Shown here: in pieces, positions 1 to 13,098 of the stretch
Layout: the number at the start of each line of letters is the position of its first letter
How positions within the stretch are numbered: the stretch's first letter is position 1
Origin: Glaucostegus cemiculus
Lineage: Eukaryota
Assembly (NCBI GenBank): GCA_976551045.1
Contig: CDPCPM010000033.1
Coordinates: 11,346,001 to 11,410,000, forward strand
DNA length: 64,000 bases
Direction: 5' to 3'
The notes under the pieces: generated by a model
The model's database searches: none
Told to the model about the DNA's origin: nothing
Seen by the model: the letters and a program-made list of their open reading frames with translations, nothing else
Translations under genes and position numbers: made by a program

Positions 1-3000
1 GAAGTATGTGAACATGTGCACTGCACATGGCATCCTCATGATGCATTGCTACCAGAAGCAGGCTCAGCTGCTCTGTCAGCAGCCCAAATATCCGAAAAAA
101 AACTGGTGAAATAAGGAAGGAAATCTTTGCCCTCATTCAACCTCCTTTATCCACCACAGAAACACTTTCATTTGTATTCTGGATCTACTTTCGATCATTG
201 CTTGGAGTATTTCTATATTGTATTTGTCCTATTGTTTTCTAAAATTCGTCCTTGCTTACGTTTCTTTTCTAACTTGGATGTTCTACACAAAACAAATGTC
301 CAAGAGTGCTTTCGCGGGACCTTACAGCACCATCGCTGATGAAATAACTATACTGCAATTGGTTGTGATAACAATAAAAGTAAAAAAAAACTTTAGTTTG
401 ATTTACATTTAAACAGCGAAATTTCAAATACGTAATTAACAAGTAAATCTTTCCTTTTTTCGTGTGTATTTTTTTAAAGCACGAAATAGAATTAACGATA
501 AAACATATGAATAGTAGCGAAATGGTGGTCACGATCTGAAAGCTAAGAAACTATCTTAAGAATCTCATTACCTTTCCCTGGGAAAGTTTAATCTCTGCGC
601 AGGTCTCGTTTAATAAATGGGGGTCAGCATACATGCACGGATTCAAATGTTTACTCTTTCAGGTACGTTGCCCGAAATCGGTGAACGCACGAGCAGACAT
701 AGAATGTAAACTTTCTTCAATGCGTCGTTGATCGCTAAGAACTATTAATAAGTATAAAGATAATTGTAATTTTCCATATGATTGAGCAAAATAAAGCAAC
801 GCTTTACAAAGAATAGCATATAAAGACTCGCCAGCATAAAATGTCTGCGATTGATACTTGTTGGGCTATTTGATTCAAATATGTCTCAAGTACTCAAGTA
901 GAGACAAGTAAACCTAATGACTTGTTTTTCAAAGTTGTTTCTTTACCTTGACCTTGTACATGTATAGCTCACTGATATGTAGTTTCTACATATACGTCTT
1001 CTTATCTGCTCAATTCACTACTGTAACTGACTAGAGATAATTAAACTTATTCACCATTTCATCCGAAAAAAAACTGGAAATAGTTATGCCGCTTCAAATG
1101 CTTAAACCACATCTAATCACAATAAACTGTATTTGCAACTTGATTAATTTCGAAATGCCCAGTCCGAATGAAATGCTTGAAAGGCCAGCTGTATGCATTA
1201 ATTGATTTGTTAGTGTTTAATATTGTGTGTACTTTATTGTAATTCTTTCTGTCGTGCTATTTCGTGAGTTTTCTGTATTATCCAGGCAGTTCAGACTTTA
1301 AGAATGTTTAGTACCACATATGATTGAGGCCCTAATGGCAATAAATACCGAGTTTTAAAGTTAACAGTATTTCTGGTGAGAAAATGTATTAAAATCTCAC
1401 ATAATACAACAATCTATTGATTACCGATATTATATGTAATAAAGTTACAGACTTAGAACAATTCTCATAAATACAATTAGTGAAATTGATGTATTTTGTT
1501 TGAATGTTCTGCGGTTTCTCCATGAGTGATTCTCCAACACCAGTTGGTGTTATTTATTGTGTGAAATAAACCTAATTATTTATTTCCAGAGCGTACCGTG
1601 TTTCAGGTACATGGTCAAACTTGATATTCTGATAAGTCAATAAAGTTGGAAGAATATTATTAAATATACAAGGAACGTAATACATGGTTGCTAAAAGATT
1701 TGTTTATCAGTTGAGGGACGTATTCATACTTAGTCATTGAAAAGACCAATATCAATTTAGCATTCAACCGTGTCAATTGCAACGTTCTGGACGGAATGTT
1801 TGGAAAGTCAATTGATGGCCAATTATTTACACCTTAAGTCTGGTTGGACCAAAGAAAGAGTCAAGAAATGAGCAAACCCTTTAAATGCTTGTGCAGCTTT
1901 TATAGTTGTTTGCCGTTTACTTACAATGTAACCTATTTAAATGTTTACCGAAAATGGTACAGATTCTGTCGCAGGCTACTAAGTCACCCAAAGTTAAAAT
2001 TATTTGATTTAAGAATCCTCTCAAATACAACTTCGGACAAACTGAAATTCAACCTGCTTAGAAATAATGGGTTTTCTCGTTGTTTTGAATTCTTTGAAAG
2101 ATTTGAATTAAATTGTTTTTCGTTAAAATCCTACTTTCTAACGTATTATTTGAAGGATAGCATAAAGACAAAAATACGGAGATTATTTGTTTTTCAGATT
2201 TCCTTCCCCTCAAACAATCTAACCATTTGCAAATTGTGCATCATATATTTCTTGGTGATCTAACTTTCCTACTTATTGTGTCCCTTGCAATAGACTGCAT
2301 AAGAGTGCATTCTGTAGCATGATAATGACATTTATTGAAGTGTTTGTTTCTGAAATCTGACTTTTAAATGTTTCTTAATTTGTGTAGCAAATTTCACGTG
2401 GCCAGCAACGGGTCACCTCAGGGCATGTCAGCATATACAACTGTCGTGAAAATTATTAGTAATACTTTTTCTTCCTTTGTGTAGAAGCACATGTATATTC
2501 ATGGGTCACTTTGTCCTGGTCAGTAATTACTCTTTTCCAGTCTGCAATGGTGAGGTGAATTTGAATGATTTGCCCCTCGTTTCTGTGCTTGCTTGTTCTG
2601 ATCTACATTTCGATCAATTTCTGCCACGGAAAAGTTTCTCATCTTTCTCGTTGTTTTGCTTTTAAGTTTTGATTTTTTTTTGATTTGTGATGGGATTGCA
2701 ACCAAAGGCTTTTTGTAGAATTATTATGTCCTTTAAACGTAAAATACTGTACAACTGATCTTCCCACTGGTTAACTTTTATTGGGTTAGCTGGTCTGATT
2801 CTCTATCCTGTAACGGCCTTCCAATATTGATTAATGTCGTATCTGGTAATTCTTAGCAAGACCTTGCAATTATTCGTTTGCCGTTTGCAATATGTTGTTC
2901 AAGAGAAACTTCTAATGAAGAAACTGCTGCCAATACAAGGTATTTTTTAATTATTTATAATCTTTTCTCGACAAAGCTTCGGCATTACACTGCATCCTTC

Positions 3001-6000
3001 AAAACGAGCTAATCTCATTTTTCGGAAAGTGTATGTGATATTAAATAAGTGCCTTAGCGTTACTATAATCAGAATCTGATGCAACCCTGGAAAAAATCAT
3101 CACGTATTTTGAACTGACCGAATAGCAAAACAAAAATGGTATGGAATTCTTTAGTTTATTATATAAGCAGATAATATGATTGTTCATCCGTAGGATTTAA
3201 TTCCAGCGTTTCAGTGACAGCAAATTATTCAGTTGGTGACATTCACTGAGGTTGCCTTATTTTGTAATATCGCTGTAAATCAAATAAAAACACAAGTCTC
3301 ACTTCTTGACCACAAAGCTGTCTCTCTCACGCGTAAGTATTTCAACTGAATAATTAAAGAATGTAAAAAAAACATAAATGCATTACGGTTTGCACATGCA
3401 ATTCCTCCAAATTTCATAAGTACCATCAAATAATTTATCTCAACAGTCATTGAACTGTTAGGGAGTAATTGTCCCGTATTTTGCAGTTGTAATTGTCCCG
3501 TAATCTTTATGATGTTTTAAAATACTTCAGTAAAAGTAAAATGTCTGCAGATTGAAATAATAATTTACATCTGTTCCATTTTGTCGTACAAAGTATGATG
3601 ATTTAGAATTTCTAAGTAATATGAACCATTAATTTGTACGCTTTTTTTAGATGACTAATGATATCATATAAACGTGAGCACGCCTCTTCGGCTGCTGCTG
3701 CGCAAGTGGAAATTGTTGGAACACAATTCCGAACAGAATGACCTCTTTTTTGGTTCACTGGGCAGAACGAGCAAATGCGAACTGCACCGACGAAAACTAC
3801 TTTATTTCAATCAACTTGCCAGTTGTTCATTTCCAGAAATAAACCTAGATAACTTTTGCTACCATCTGAAATTCTGTCAGTATAATTTATCTGAAGAGAG
3901 ACTCTAAATGGCAGGACTTAAAATATGGGCGTGGAGAAACCGGAGCAGGATGTTCTTGTATTCACCTATGTCTTTCAATCCACACACCCAAAGACTTCAC
4001 TCACAAAAGTCGTATGTTTTTGAATTAATGTGCTTGAGAGACATTAAGTGGAGAGAATGTCATTTCCAATTTGAAACTATTTTAGAAGTTTCGGCCATGT
4101 TGCTTTGTAGTTTACAACACGACAGTCAGCACCAGAAAGCTACGTTGGTTAAATAAGTCTAAGAATTCAGGTAAAGCCGAACAAGCACTAGACCTTTGAT
4201 TCTCCGAAATAATACATTCTTTGAACGTATCCGCCATAATGATGCTAAATATGTAGAGATTTACAGAGCACAACACTAGACGATCTGCTAGAATTGAAAC
4301 AAACGATATACATGTCGAGGTGTTCATGAAGTGTACATGAAGCCGCAGTCACTGCGTGAAATACTGACTTGGCATAATAAACCCGAGCTCTATAGATACA
4401 TTTCGATGATGATTTTGATTATCATATGCTGAGAATAAAGTAAACGGGAACTAGGAAAACTCGAAAAATAGGAAGCATAATTTGAATCCATTTCGATACA
4501 AGGACGGAATTGTCTATTTTTTCCTACATATTTAGCTTTCGGAGATGTAAAATAAAAATTGAAAGGACGGATGGGAGCTGGAAACTTATTAAAAGAGCAG
4601 TTTGTTTGGCAGATTTCTACGTAGATTGTGCTATCAAAGAATATCTAATAGTTTGTTCACTTTGGTTTTTAGGTATCATTGGTGTAACGCTTACAATATG
4701 CGACGTGAAATCGTCTGTTAAACGTAGGAAAGAGTTCTTTCCTTCTGATTGCAAAAGCTTAGTTGTTGGTTTGCCCTGCTCGAAAACGCAGGCTTCTGAT
4801 TGCACGTGTCAGATTGCGCAGAACAACAAATGTCAAGTTGGTAACTTTGATCTGCCCTGAATATTTTGCATATCTCGAAAAGCAGCCGGAGTTCGCGTTT
4901 TGTCATGCAAAAAATGAAACTATGAATGCATAGGTGTATCTAGACTAAACCTACGTTGGAATTATGTACTCAACTTTTAGAGCTAGGAAACTACTTTTCA
5001 ATAATTTTAGGGGGGATATTCAAGAACATGATTATTGTATAAGAATCAAATAGAAGTTGATAATCACACCAGTATGGCTTTATACATTCATGCGCTGCCC
5101 TCCAGATCTTCCCAATCCGTTTATCATTGTTCCTGTATAACCAGAAGTGAAATATGCAAGCCATAAATTACCAACATAATCAGCTCTCCACTGCTTATTC
5201 AACTCACATCTGATTTTAAGGGCACCACTAACTAAAACATCTATCGAATATTCTTATTAGGCTAATAACCGTCAGACATTGTGTGTTCTTTTAATGCATC
5301 CTCGTTGTCCAGAATCTGCTCTTTGACCCCAAAAGGAAAGCCGCCTCTCCCGCCTCCTTCTTGCGTCTAGTGTTATTCCGGAACAGGGCCACAAACGACA
5401 AGGTGACTGACGGAAGACATAAGATTGGACCCTCCAGGGCGCCTTATAGCAGTGGAACTGGCATGTCATTCTAAAAGATACCTGCCAGTCGACGGAAATA
5501 AATACCCACACTATGTATTAGATACTCTACACTTCACGTTACATTCACATTAAAATCAACCTAAACGCAAATATATATATATAACGTGTGAATATGTCCA
5601 TGGGACATATTGGCAGCATATGGACATAATCTTGACGAACAGTTGAATGGACGACTTTGCCGAGTGAAAACCGTGATTTGATTTGTCTTCTCCCTATAAT
5701 AAACCTGCGAATGTGTTACAGATGTGTATAGTATGGACAAGTGTAAACAAAAAATTTTTAGGGATATGAATTCTCAGATTTATGTCTCCGATTTTTAAAT
5801 GTTATGCAGAACTGCAAAATCTAAATGTCCATTAACATTCAGACTACCCATTATGATCAAATGCCGCGCACATTAAGATGATACAACTTTTATTACTGAA
5901 AGCTGCAAGAACGCTTCATGATCCATTTAACTTTATTTTCTGCTTTAACCACCTCAGAAGATGCCTATATAAGTGCACGTATTTCTATTATTCATATATG

Positions 6001-7158
6001 CATACAGCTGAAAAATTGCCTATACTTAATAGATCATCATATGATAACATCAGCAGTGTCAAGTTCCTTTGTATTCGCTAAGAAGTTCCAAAGTAGATGC
6101 CTTTCAATATGTACTTTGCAATAAAAGTTTACGATACAATTCACTGGGTGATGCGACTAGAGCCAATTTGACCGCACTTCAATTATTTATTTCAAGTATT
6201 ATATAAACGTTATATATTTTAAACTTGCACTGTGGTTTCCCTCATAAACCTACAATTTGTACCTCGTTAACAATCCAGCTGAAAGAGTCATTACCCAAAC
6301 TTTGCCATGTTAACCAAGTTTATTTTACTTCTTCAACATGTTTTGTGATCAGCAGTTGGTATCCACTTTCCACTTCATACTTCAGCGTATTTTATTTCAA
6401 TTTTTTTTTAACCATCTGTTACGTACTGGAGAATGTTGAAAGCTTATTTTATGCGTTTTTCTCAATTATGCCTTAAAAATATCCCTGTCAAATATTAAAA
6501 GTGAACTATGATCTTATGGCTTTTGACATAAATAAAGAATTGAACTAACTGTCGTATGTTTAATCTTTGTATATAAATGTTAGTCGGCATAGATCACATG
6601 AGCTTCTTTGACAAATTCCTTGTCGTAGACTTTCTTACCTGAGCCTTATTTCTTCCTCTGTTTTTAAGTTGGCTTAATAGCGAAACAGATAGGCTACGAA
6701 CTAACCAAGATGCGGACATAAATCCGTACATTTCTGTTTTAATGGAACATTATCCATTACGTAATAACTGAAGTTGTTGAAAAAGGGCACACGTGTGTTT
6801 TAAACACATTTCATTCCTTCCTTGGAAAACATCAGCGGTTTCTGCCAGAATTCAGGAAAAATATTTAAAAACCAACAAATTTTAGACTAGTTCTTTTAAA
6901 AAAATTAATACTACATATATTTAAAGCTCTAATTTGCAAAAAAAAGGCTTCGTTTGTGTATAAACTTTTGGTTAAGAAAACAAATGAAAGCAAGGTGATC
7001 TGCAACATCTTTTTAATGTGTTAGACTTTGTACTAAATTGTTGAACAGCAGAATATTTTGTTTGTCTTCAATAACTAAACAACTCAAAGTTAGTGTACAT
7101 TAAGTGCGACTGAGAAAATATGCTGCGCTGCTCATTGCACAGAATTTGATTTCAACCA

Positions 7159-7173
7159 AAGCTAGAGGGCGCT
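7159..7173 (+). promoter_or_regulatory. CTCF-like motif (weaker)
   Basis: AAGCTAGAGGGCGCT matches the CTCF core at 12/14 positions but lacks the leading CC. Confidence 0.4.
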
Positions 7174-8609
7174 GATTTGAATTGTCTCGCGTGTCTATCT
7201 ACAGATATGAATTCGTACAAAAGGTCTCTTTCTTTCGGTCAATGTTCACATAACATATGAATTACATTCTCATATAATGGAACTACTTTTAAATAGGAGC
7301 TAAACTGATTATTGTTTAAGTCTGGCAATTCCTCGCAACATGCTTTTAAGGATCTCGCTGAAGCAGCAGAGATTGCATGTTTAGCAATGCGTCACAGACT
7401 CCTTGGAAATGCTTCAGGGGAGCAATTTCTGCAAATCTGGAAAGATGCACGAAATATAACGAAAGGCTTTGTTTTACTACCCTTCAGGAAATAGACTATC
7501 TATGCATCCAGCCAAAAACAATAATGTTTGTTTGGCATTATATAATCTCTGAGAACGAAACAAAACATCAAATTAGATCCAAAGCAATTTATTTCCCCCC
7601 TTTTGGTCGCAAATATTGAAGAGAGCAATTATTCTTCTCAACAAGACAAGCAAGTTCCTTTCCGAAACACCGCACCTCTATTCCACAGGTGTTGAGCTAT
7701 ACATGGTTGTTAATTGTAATTTCTGTGTGTTGCAAGTCAGCAAAATATCATTGCCACATTGCCACGAGTACACTGCAAATTCACCCTCGCTCCTTGAACA
7801 TTTACGTACTGAGAAGGTTGCGACTTTTGACTGAAATGAGGAGGTAATTTTCTACCAAACATCAGCAAATATATTGAGGATATTTTAAACATATATTTAG
7901 ATCAAACACTAACTGTTATTGCACATGAAATTAAGAAAATCCTTCTGATACTAAATTTTACAGCTATAAGCATTCACTTTAGAAAACTAATGTTAAAGGA
8001 AATGCATTTGTATAAAACAACGTTCTGATTAACTGAAATATATTTAGGTTTATATTTTTGCTGCTTATACCAATATTTAAGAAATCAAGACGCGACAATA
8101 TTCCTGACGTATTTTAAAGTATAATGCTTCTTTTACTGTGGTTATTACAACTTAAAATCTATGTGGGCGTATATTAGGAAGTAATGTTATTTTGTATTTT
8201 TATTCCAGATTTTGTTGTTCATAAAGTATTTTCTGGCACAGACTACATGAAATAATGCGAAAATCGTTGGGTTTCATTTGTCATCAATAATTTAAGAATT
8301 TGTAAAACCAATACCAGGTATCATAGCGATTACTGAATTATATTGTAACAATCGTCTTGGCAAGTCACATTTCGAACTACTGTACAACGTATCTTCAACA
8401 TACGTCCCCCTCTTTCTGTCTTTCAATATTCTCCAGTTGTTAATTAGCAACGCTATTGCTTTCGCCTTGCTGCAGGTAAGTCAGATTTCATCAATTTCTG
8501 TCTAGCAGGCACGTGGTTATGGTTGCTTCAGTGTTTCCTCTGATCGCTACATTTAAGGAAATGTTCTGTCAATTTTGGCTACAAATAATTAACAAAAGGG
8601 ACCTTGCTC

Positions 8610-10113
8610 TTTATTTACGATTTTAACACGACATGACCGGGAGTAAATATTTTGCTACTTTAGTAATCTAAGAACTGGTGATGTGGAATTTACGAGACTA
8701 TGGAGTAAGGAACGAATATCAGCAACAGTACAAACAACAACTCGCCAACAAGACTCTTTGCTGGCCTAAAGTTGGTATCGAATATTTTATTATGTTGTTT
8801 AATAAGGAAGCAGCTCACAATGACTGAAAAAAAACCATGCACTTATCGAAAAAGTCAATTTCACAAGAATCATATGGACGGTTCCAATGATATCATTTTT
8901 TTTTTCTTTTTTGGACGCTGTCTCCAACTGTTGGGGTTTATTAGTCATGTTTATGCCAATTAAGCAAGAGTGGTACGGAATTTTTAATGAAATTTTCTGT
9001 CGAAAATATATATTTGGGTTCCTTTTTGTGTAAAGCAAACGTGATCATACACGAGCTAAATGTCGTTCATTAATTGCTCACCATTTTGTTTCAGGAATTG
9101 AAATGTAATTAATGTCAGTCTAAAATACACAAAAGAGGAATAAATTTGCATCTCCGTGTAATTTTAAATAGACGTTCTAAACGAAAAGCCTTGAAAAGGT
9201 TGTCCAAACTCAGCTTTAGATGCAACATACCTAAATGCGTGCCTTTACAAAAATATGGAAAATCATGTGGAAACTGCTTCTCCAAAATCACCCTATAGAG
9301 TATATGAAATCAGTACTGAGTCAAATACTCAAATGTCGATTATAAGCTGTTACAAGATTTTTTTCCCTCAAGTGCCTAAAGGCGCTTCACGGTAAAAAAA
9401 AAATACAGGTTATTTTAAGGAAGCGATATAAAAATTTGGAGTTAAAAGTGATACATTATGCTTACATATTCATACTTCTGAAGAAATAAATATTTAAAAT
9501 GCTAGATGCGTTGCGTTTTACAGGGTAGAAATCCTCCCTATTTAAAACGAGCAGTTTTTTTGCTCGCCACAAGAGCCAAGGATTCTAGCTGATGCATTTA
9601 ACTATTATTGCTATCTTTAATTATCACGACTATCTTTTTTCTTTCCTTGACGCATCCTGTGCGGGCCCTTTAAGTCAAATACAGAGCTCAGAAAAAAGAG
9701 TACGATACCAAACTATTAGTCAGAATGTGCACCGAGCACAGTCTACACTTTATTTGAAGCTACATCATTTCTCAACATAGTAAAATCTTTGGCATGTAGC
9801 GGCGATTCATTACGTAGTCTGTTTATATTTCTGAACAAGTTCAGAAAAGACTGGGTTCACATAAAATCTCTAGACCTGACATTGACTAAAACAATTAGCG
9901 ACAACATTGAAAACGGAAATGATAAAATCTCGGTCAAGCAGGGATTTCTAGACATCTCCTTACCTGAAATTAAATATATACAACGTCATAATGTGTTTGG
10001 TTATATATAATTTTAAAATGCTTGTATTATAATTCAGTCCATATAGATACACGCAGATCCAATTTAAATAGCACCTGTCACAGTCCTTTATTTCAACAGA
10101 ATAAAACGGAACA
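8610..10113 (-). other. en1: Probable en1 3' UTR region with several candidate AATAAA signals
   Basis: Minus-strand AATAAA (plus-strand TTTATT) at 10087, 9749, 8937, 8786 and 8610. Which one is used is unknown. Confidence 0.5.
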
Positions 10114-10433
10114 TCAGTCACTGTCCTCCTTCTCGTCTTGAATTGTTGTAGTGGAATGATTATAAAGTCCCTGGGCCATTAGATGGAGAGCCAAGCCGTT
10201 CTTCAGGCCACTGGCTTTCTTGATCTTGGCCCTCTTGTTTTGGAACCAGATTTTGATCTGGGATTCGTTCAGATTGAGTTCTTGTGCTAAAGTTTGCCGC
10301 CTCTGCTCGGTGATGTAACGATTGGTCTGGAACTCTGCTTTGAGTCTTTGCAGCTGCTCGGCTGTGAACGCTGTCCGTGGCCGCTTGTCTTCCTTCTCAC
10401 TCTTCTTCTTCTTCAGTTTTCTAGTTCGGGGAC
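10114..10433 (-). CDS. en1: Engrailed-1 coding exon 2: EH3, homeodomain, EH5 ([106 protein letters not shown])
   Basis: Translated by hand; the ORF track misses it because it lacks a start codon. Acceptor tttgctgtttccacag| at 10434, TGA at 10116-10114. 505+320=825 nt, i.e. 274 aa plus stop. The residues [22 protein letters not shown] and GLALHLMAQ are En1-type rather than En2-type. Confidence 0.97.
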
Positions 10434-13098
10434 CTGTGGAAACAGCAAATTAAAAACACACACATAGTCACACTTTCAAATTCTCCCTTTAAACCACTTT
10501 CCGACTAACCTTTCAGAGACCTGTGCAGCTAAACATACAAAACAAAGTGCACAGCCGCCCTTTAAATAGGCGGCCATATTTATGGTCTTAAAATTAACAA
10601 AATGGCGCAAAGTACATATCCCACCACAAAACAATACTGGTACAGGGAAGCAGCATTTGATTTTATGTCTAATCGTGTACGGAATCTGGTGCAGCAACGT
10701 TTGATCCTTTGCCCTGCAGGGATTGCAGGGTGCATTTTTACTTCGTTTGGATATTTCAGTATATACAAGTTTATTAACATTAGAAAGGGTTGCACTTTTT
10801 GTCTAATTAGCTGGCCAATGGTTACTAGATGTAAGACTGCGTGCAAAGAAGACGATAAAACTGCAGGAGACAGCGAAAAACGTAAGCATACTTTGCAGTA
10901 AAGGTAAAAACTGAACATTCAGATCATCACCCATGGACGGAATCCCCCCTCTCCATTTCTTTTCATCCTTGAGCAGAAATAAAACATTTAATTCAGCTGT
11001 TTTCAAATAGTCGTGGAGGTATATGGCCTGCCAGTGAACAACGGCGAGCAGTTAGGTCTGTTGATGAACCCACACTCACGGGAGTAAAATGTACCGCTTT
11101 TTAAAGAACAATAAGTATGATTTGTGGATTACAATAGGCTTGGTTTAGAACGGGAGGGAGTTCAACTTCTAGCCTGCTGCTGCTGTTCTTTCCTAGCCAC
11201 CTTCTAGGTGTGTTGTCGACATTCTGCCATCTTCTTAAAATTGGGCAAGATTCTTTTATTGTAAATAATAAAGAAATGCTATAAATTTAGATTATTGCTT
11301 TCAGACTGAGGTGTCCCAAACCGCCAAGAAAGAAACAAAGCTACATGCGACGGAATATCCTATTTTGTATAATTTTTTTTACAGAAAATATCACAGTGCT
11401 TTCATAAACTGGGAAATCTGTTGTTTCGTTTGCAATGGTTTCATTCAAGATTCAGAGAAACCGAATTACGATCGCATCGGCGATTAACAGCAATTTTATT
11501 TCACAAGGTTTCTGTCACAGAATCTTCTATATTACCTACCTCTATTGACGTAAGATTGTACTGACCAGCGATGTGTGTGCAGAGGATAAAGTAAAAAAAC
11601 ACGGGATATAAACATTCTAGGCGCAGTCCTGCGTTTTCCTGAATGGTGTGATTACATTTGACCCGTAGTTTAAACTCCCCTTATCACCATTTAAGACTAC
11701 TGTAAAATGAACTTTTAAAAATCCCACAGATATCGCATCCATTGAAAAACGAGCCTAAACAGCGCTGGTAAATGTTAATAAAATCATTTTACTACTTGAT
11801 TGAAAAGCTAAAAAGTGACGTTTTGCTAAATGTTTAGCCTGACAGCTCAATCAATCAATCAACTAGTCAATCAAGTTGGCTTTTCTTAGTTTGTGGAGCC
11901 CGGCGCCATGATTAGCTCAAACTACACTACATGGGCGCAGAAGTTTGCAGGATCGCTTTCAGTGAGAGAACATTTCTCTTCGCCCTCTGCAAATCGCGAG
12001 CGTAACCATCCCGCCAGGCCTCCGCACACAGGAGCCAATGCATAAATCATCTGCTTAGACCTTTAGTAAACGTATACACGAAAGCAGACACCAAATGCTT
12101 CCTTAATCAATGCTTTCCGATTCCCGAGTTTCAGGGAAAGGATCTGTCTCGATTGTGCTATTTCTATCTTGAGGTGATTCCTTGATGTTTTTGATTTTAC
12201 ACTGACTATATGAAATTCGTCAATCTGCTATTTTCGGGTAAAATCACTATTTTTCTGTCACAGAAAGAACCCCGATGCGGGCAAATATTCACGAATAAGA
12301 ATTAATCAGCTGAGAAATTATTTTAAATCATAAGAGACAAGGACGAATCTACCTTTCCTTTACTGGGTTTCAACGCCATCAAAATAAGCACCGGCTGACT
12401 CTGATTTTCGCTAGCAAATTAAGCCAGGAATTGATAGATAAATATATTTCCAGAATGGATCGTTGAACATAATCTAACCGATTACTAAATTATAGGTTTT
12501 TTTTTCCTGAGCGTGGGAAGGTACTGAACTGAATTCATTCTACTCGCACTAGCAAACAATCTCCTCCGACATTTGCGCGCTCGAGCAATAAGCGCTGTGA
12601 TTTATAAAAAAATGTCACAATTCTCTAAATTTCGATCCTTTTGCTTTTAACATCAAGAACGCGGTTAAACTGCAGTGAACGCTGTCTCTTTCCTATATCC
12701 CTTCAGTCCCCTGCCTGCCAAGACCAACACCAAGGCCCAAAACTTCAAGACCTGCTTCGGGTTGCTGCTCCACCGTTGTGTTTGCCAATTGTTTCGATCG
12801 CATAACTTCAACACTATTGACCTGACATATCCAAAAGTTTAATTCCTGATACAATCGCCTTCATTTTATGGCTGTGATTAGCCATTCTTTTACCGTGCCA
12901 CTTTTTTCAGATACTAAAAAATAAACCAAAGGCGTTAGATTAATGCTCTATAAGATTGAAAACTACACTCACTGCTTTCAGTTTTCATAGGTGTTTTTGA
13001 AAAATCAGTAGCCTGTTGTAGATATAGGAAAAAAGTTGTATTTTTGTTGACCGATTGTACTGTTTCTTGTTTGCGTTATAAGTTTTATAATTTCTTAC
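10434..13098 (-). other. en1: en1 intron (2665 nt, GT-AG, phase 1)
   Basis: GTAAG donor and polypyrimidine-CAG acceptor join the two exons in frame, at the position conserved in vertebrate engrailed genes (RPSS G|PR). Confidence 0.95.

Noticed and set aside
127-10010. Many 60-139 aa ORFs downstream of en1
   Set aside because: Many start at TTG or GTG, have low-complexity F/L/I/K-rich composition typical of random AT-rich DNA, and show no domain or exon-chain support.
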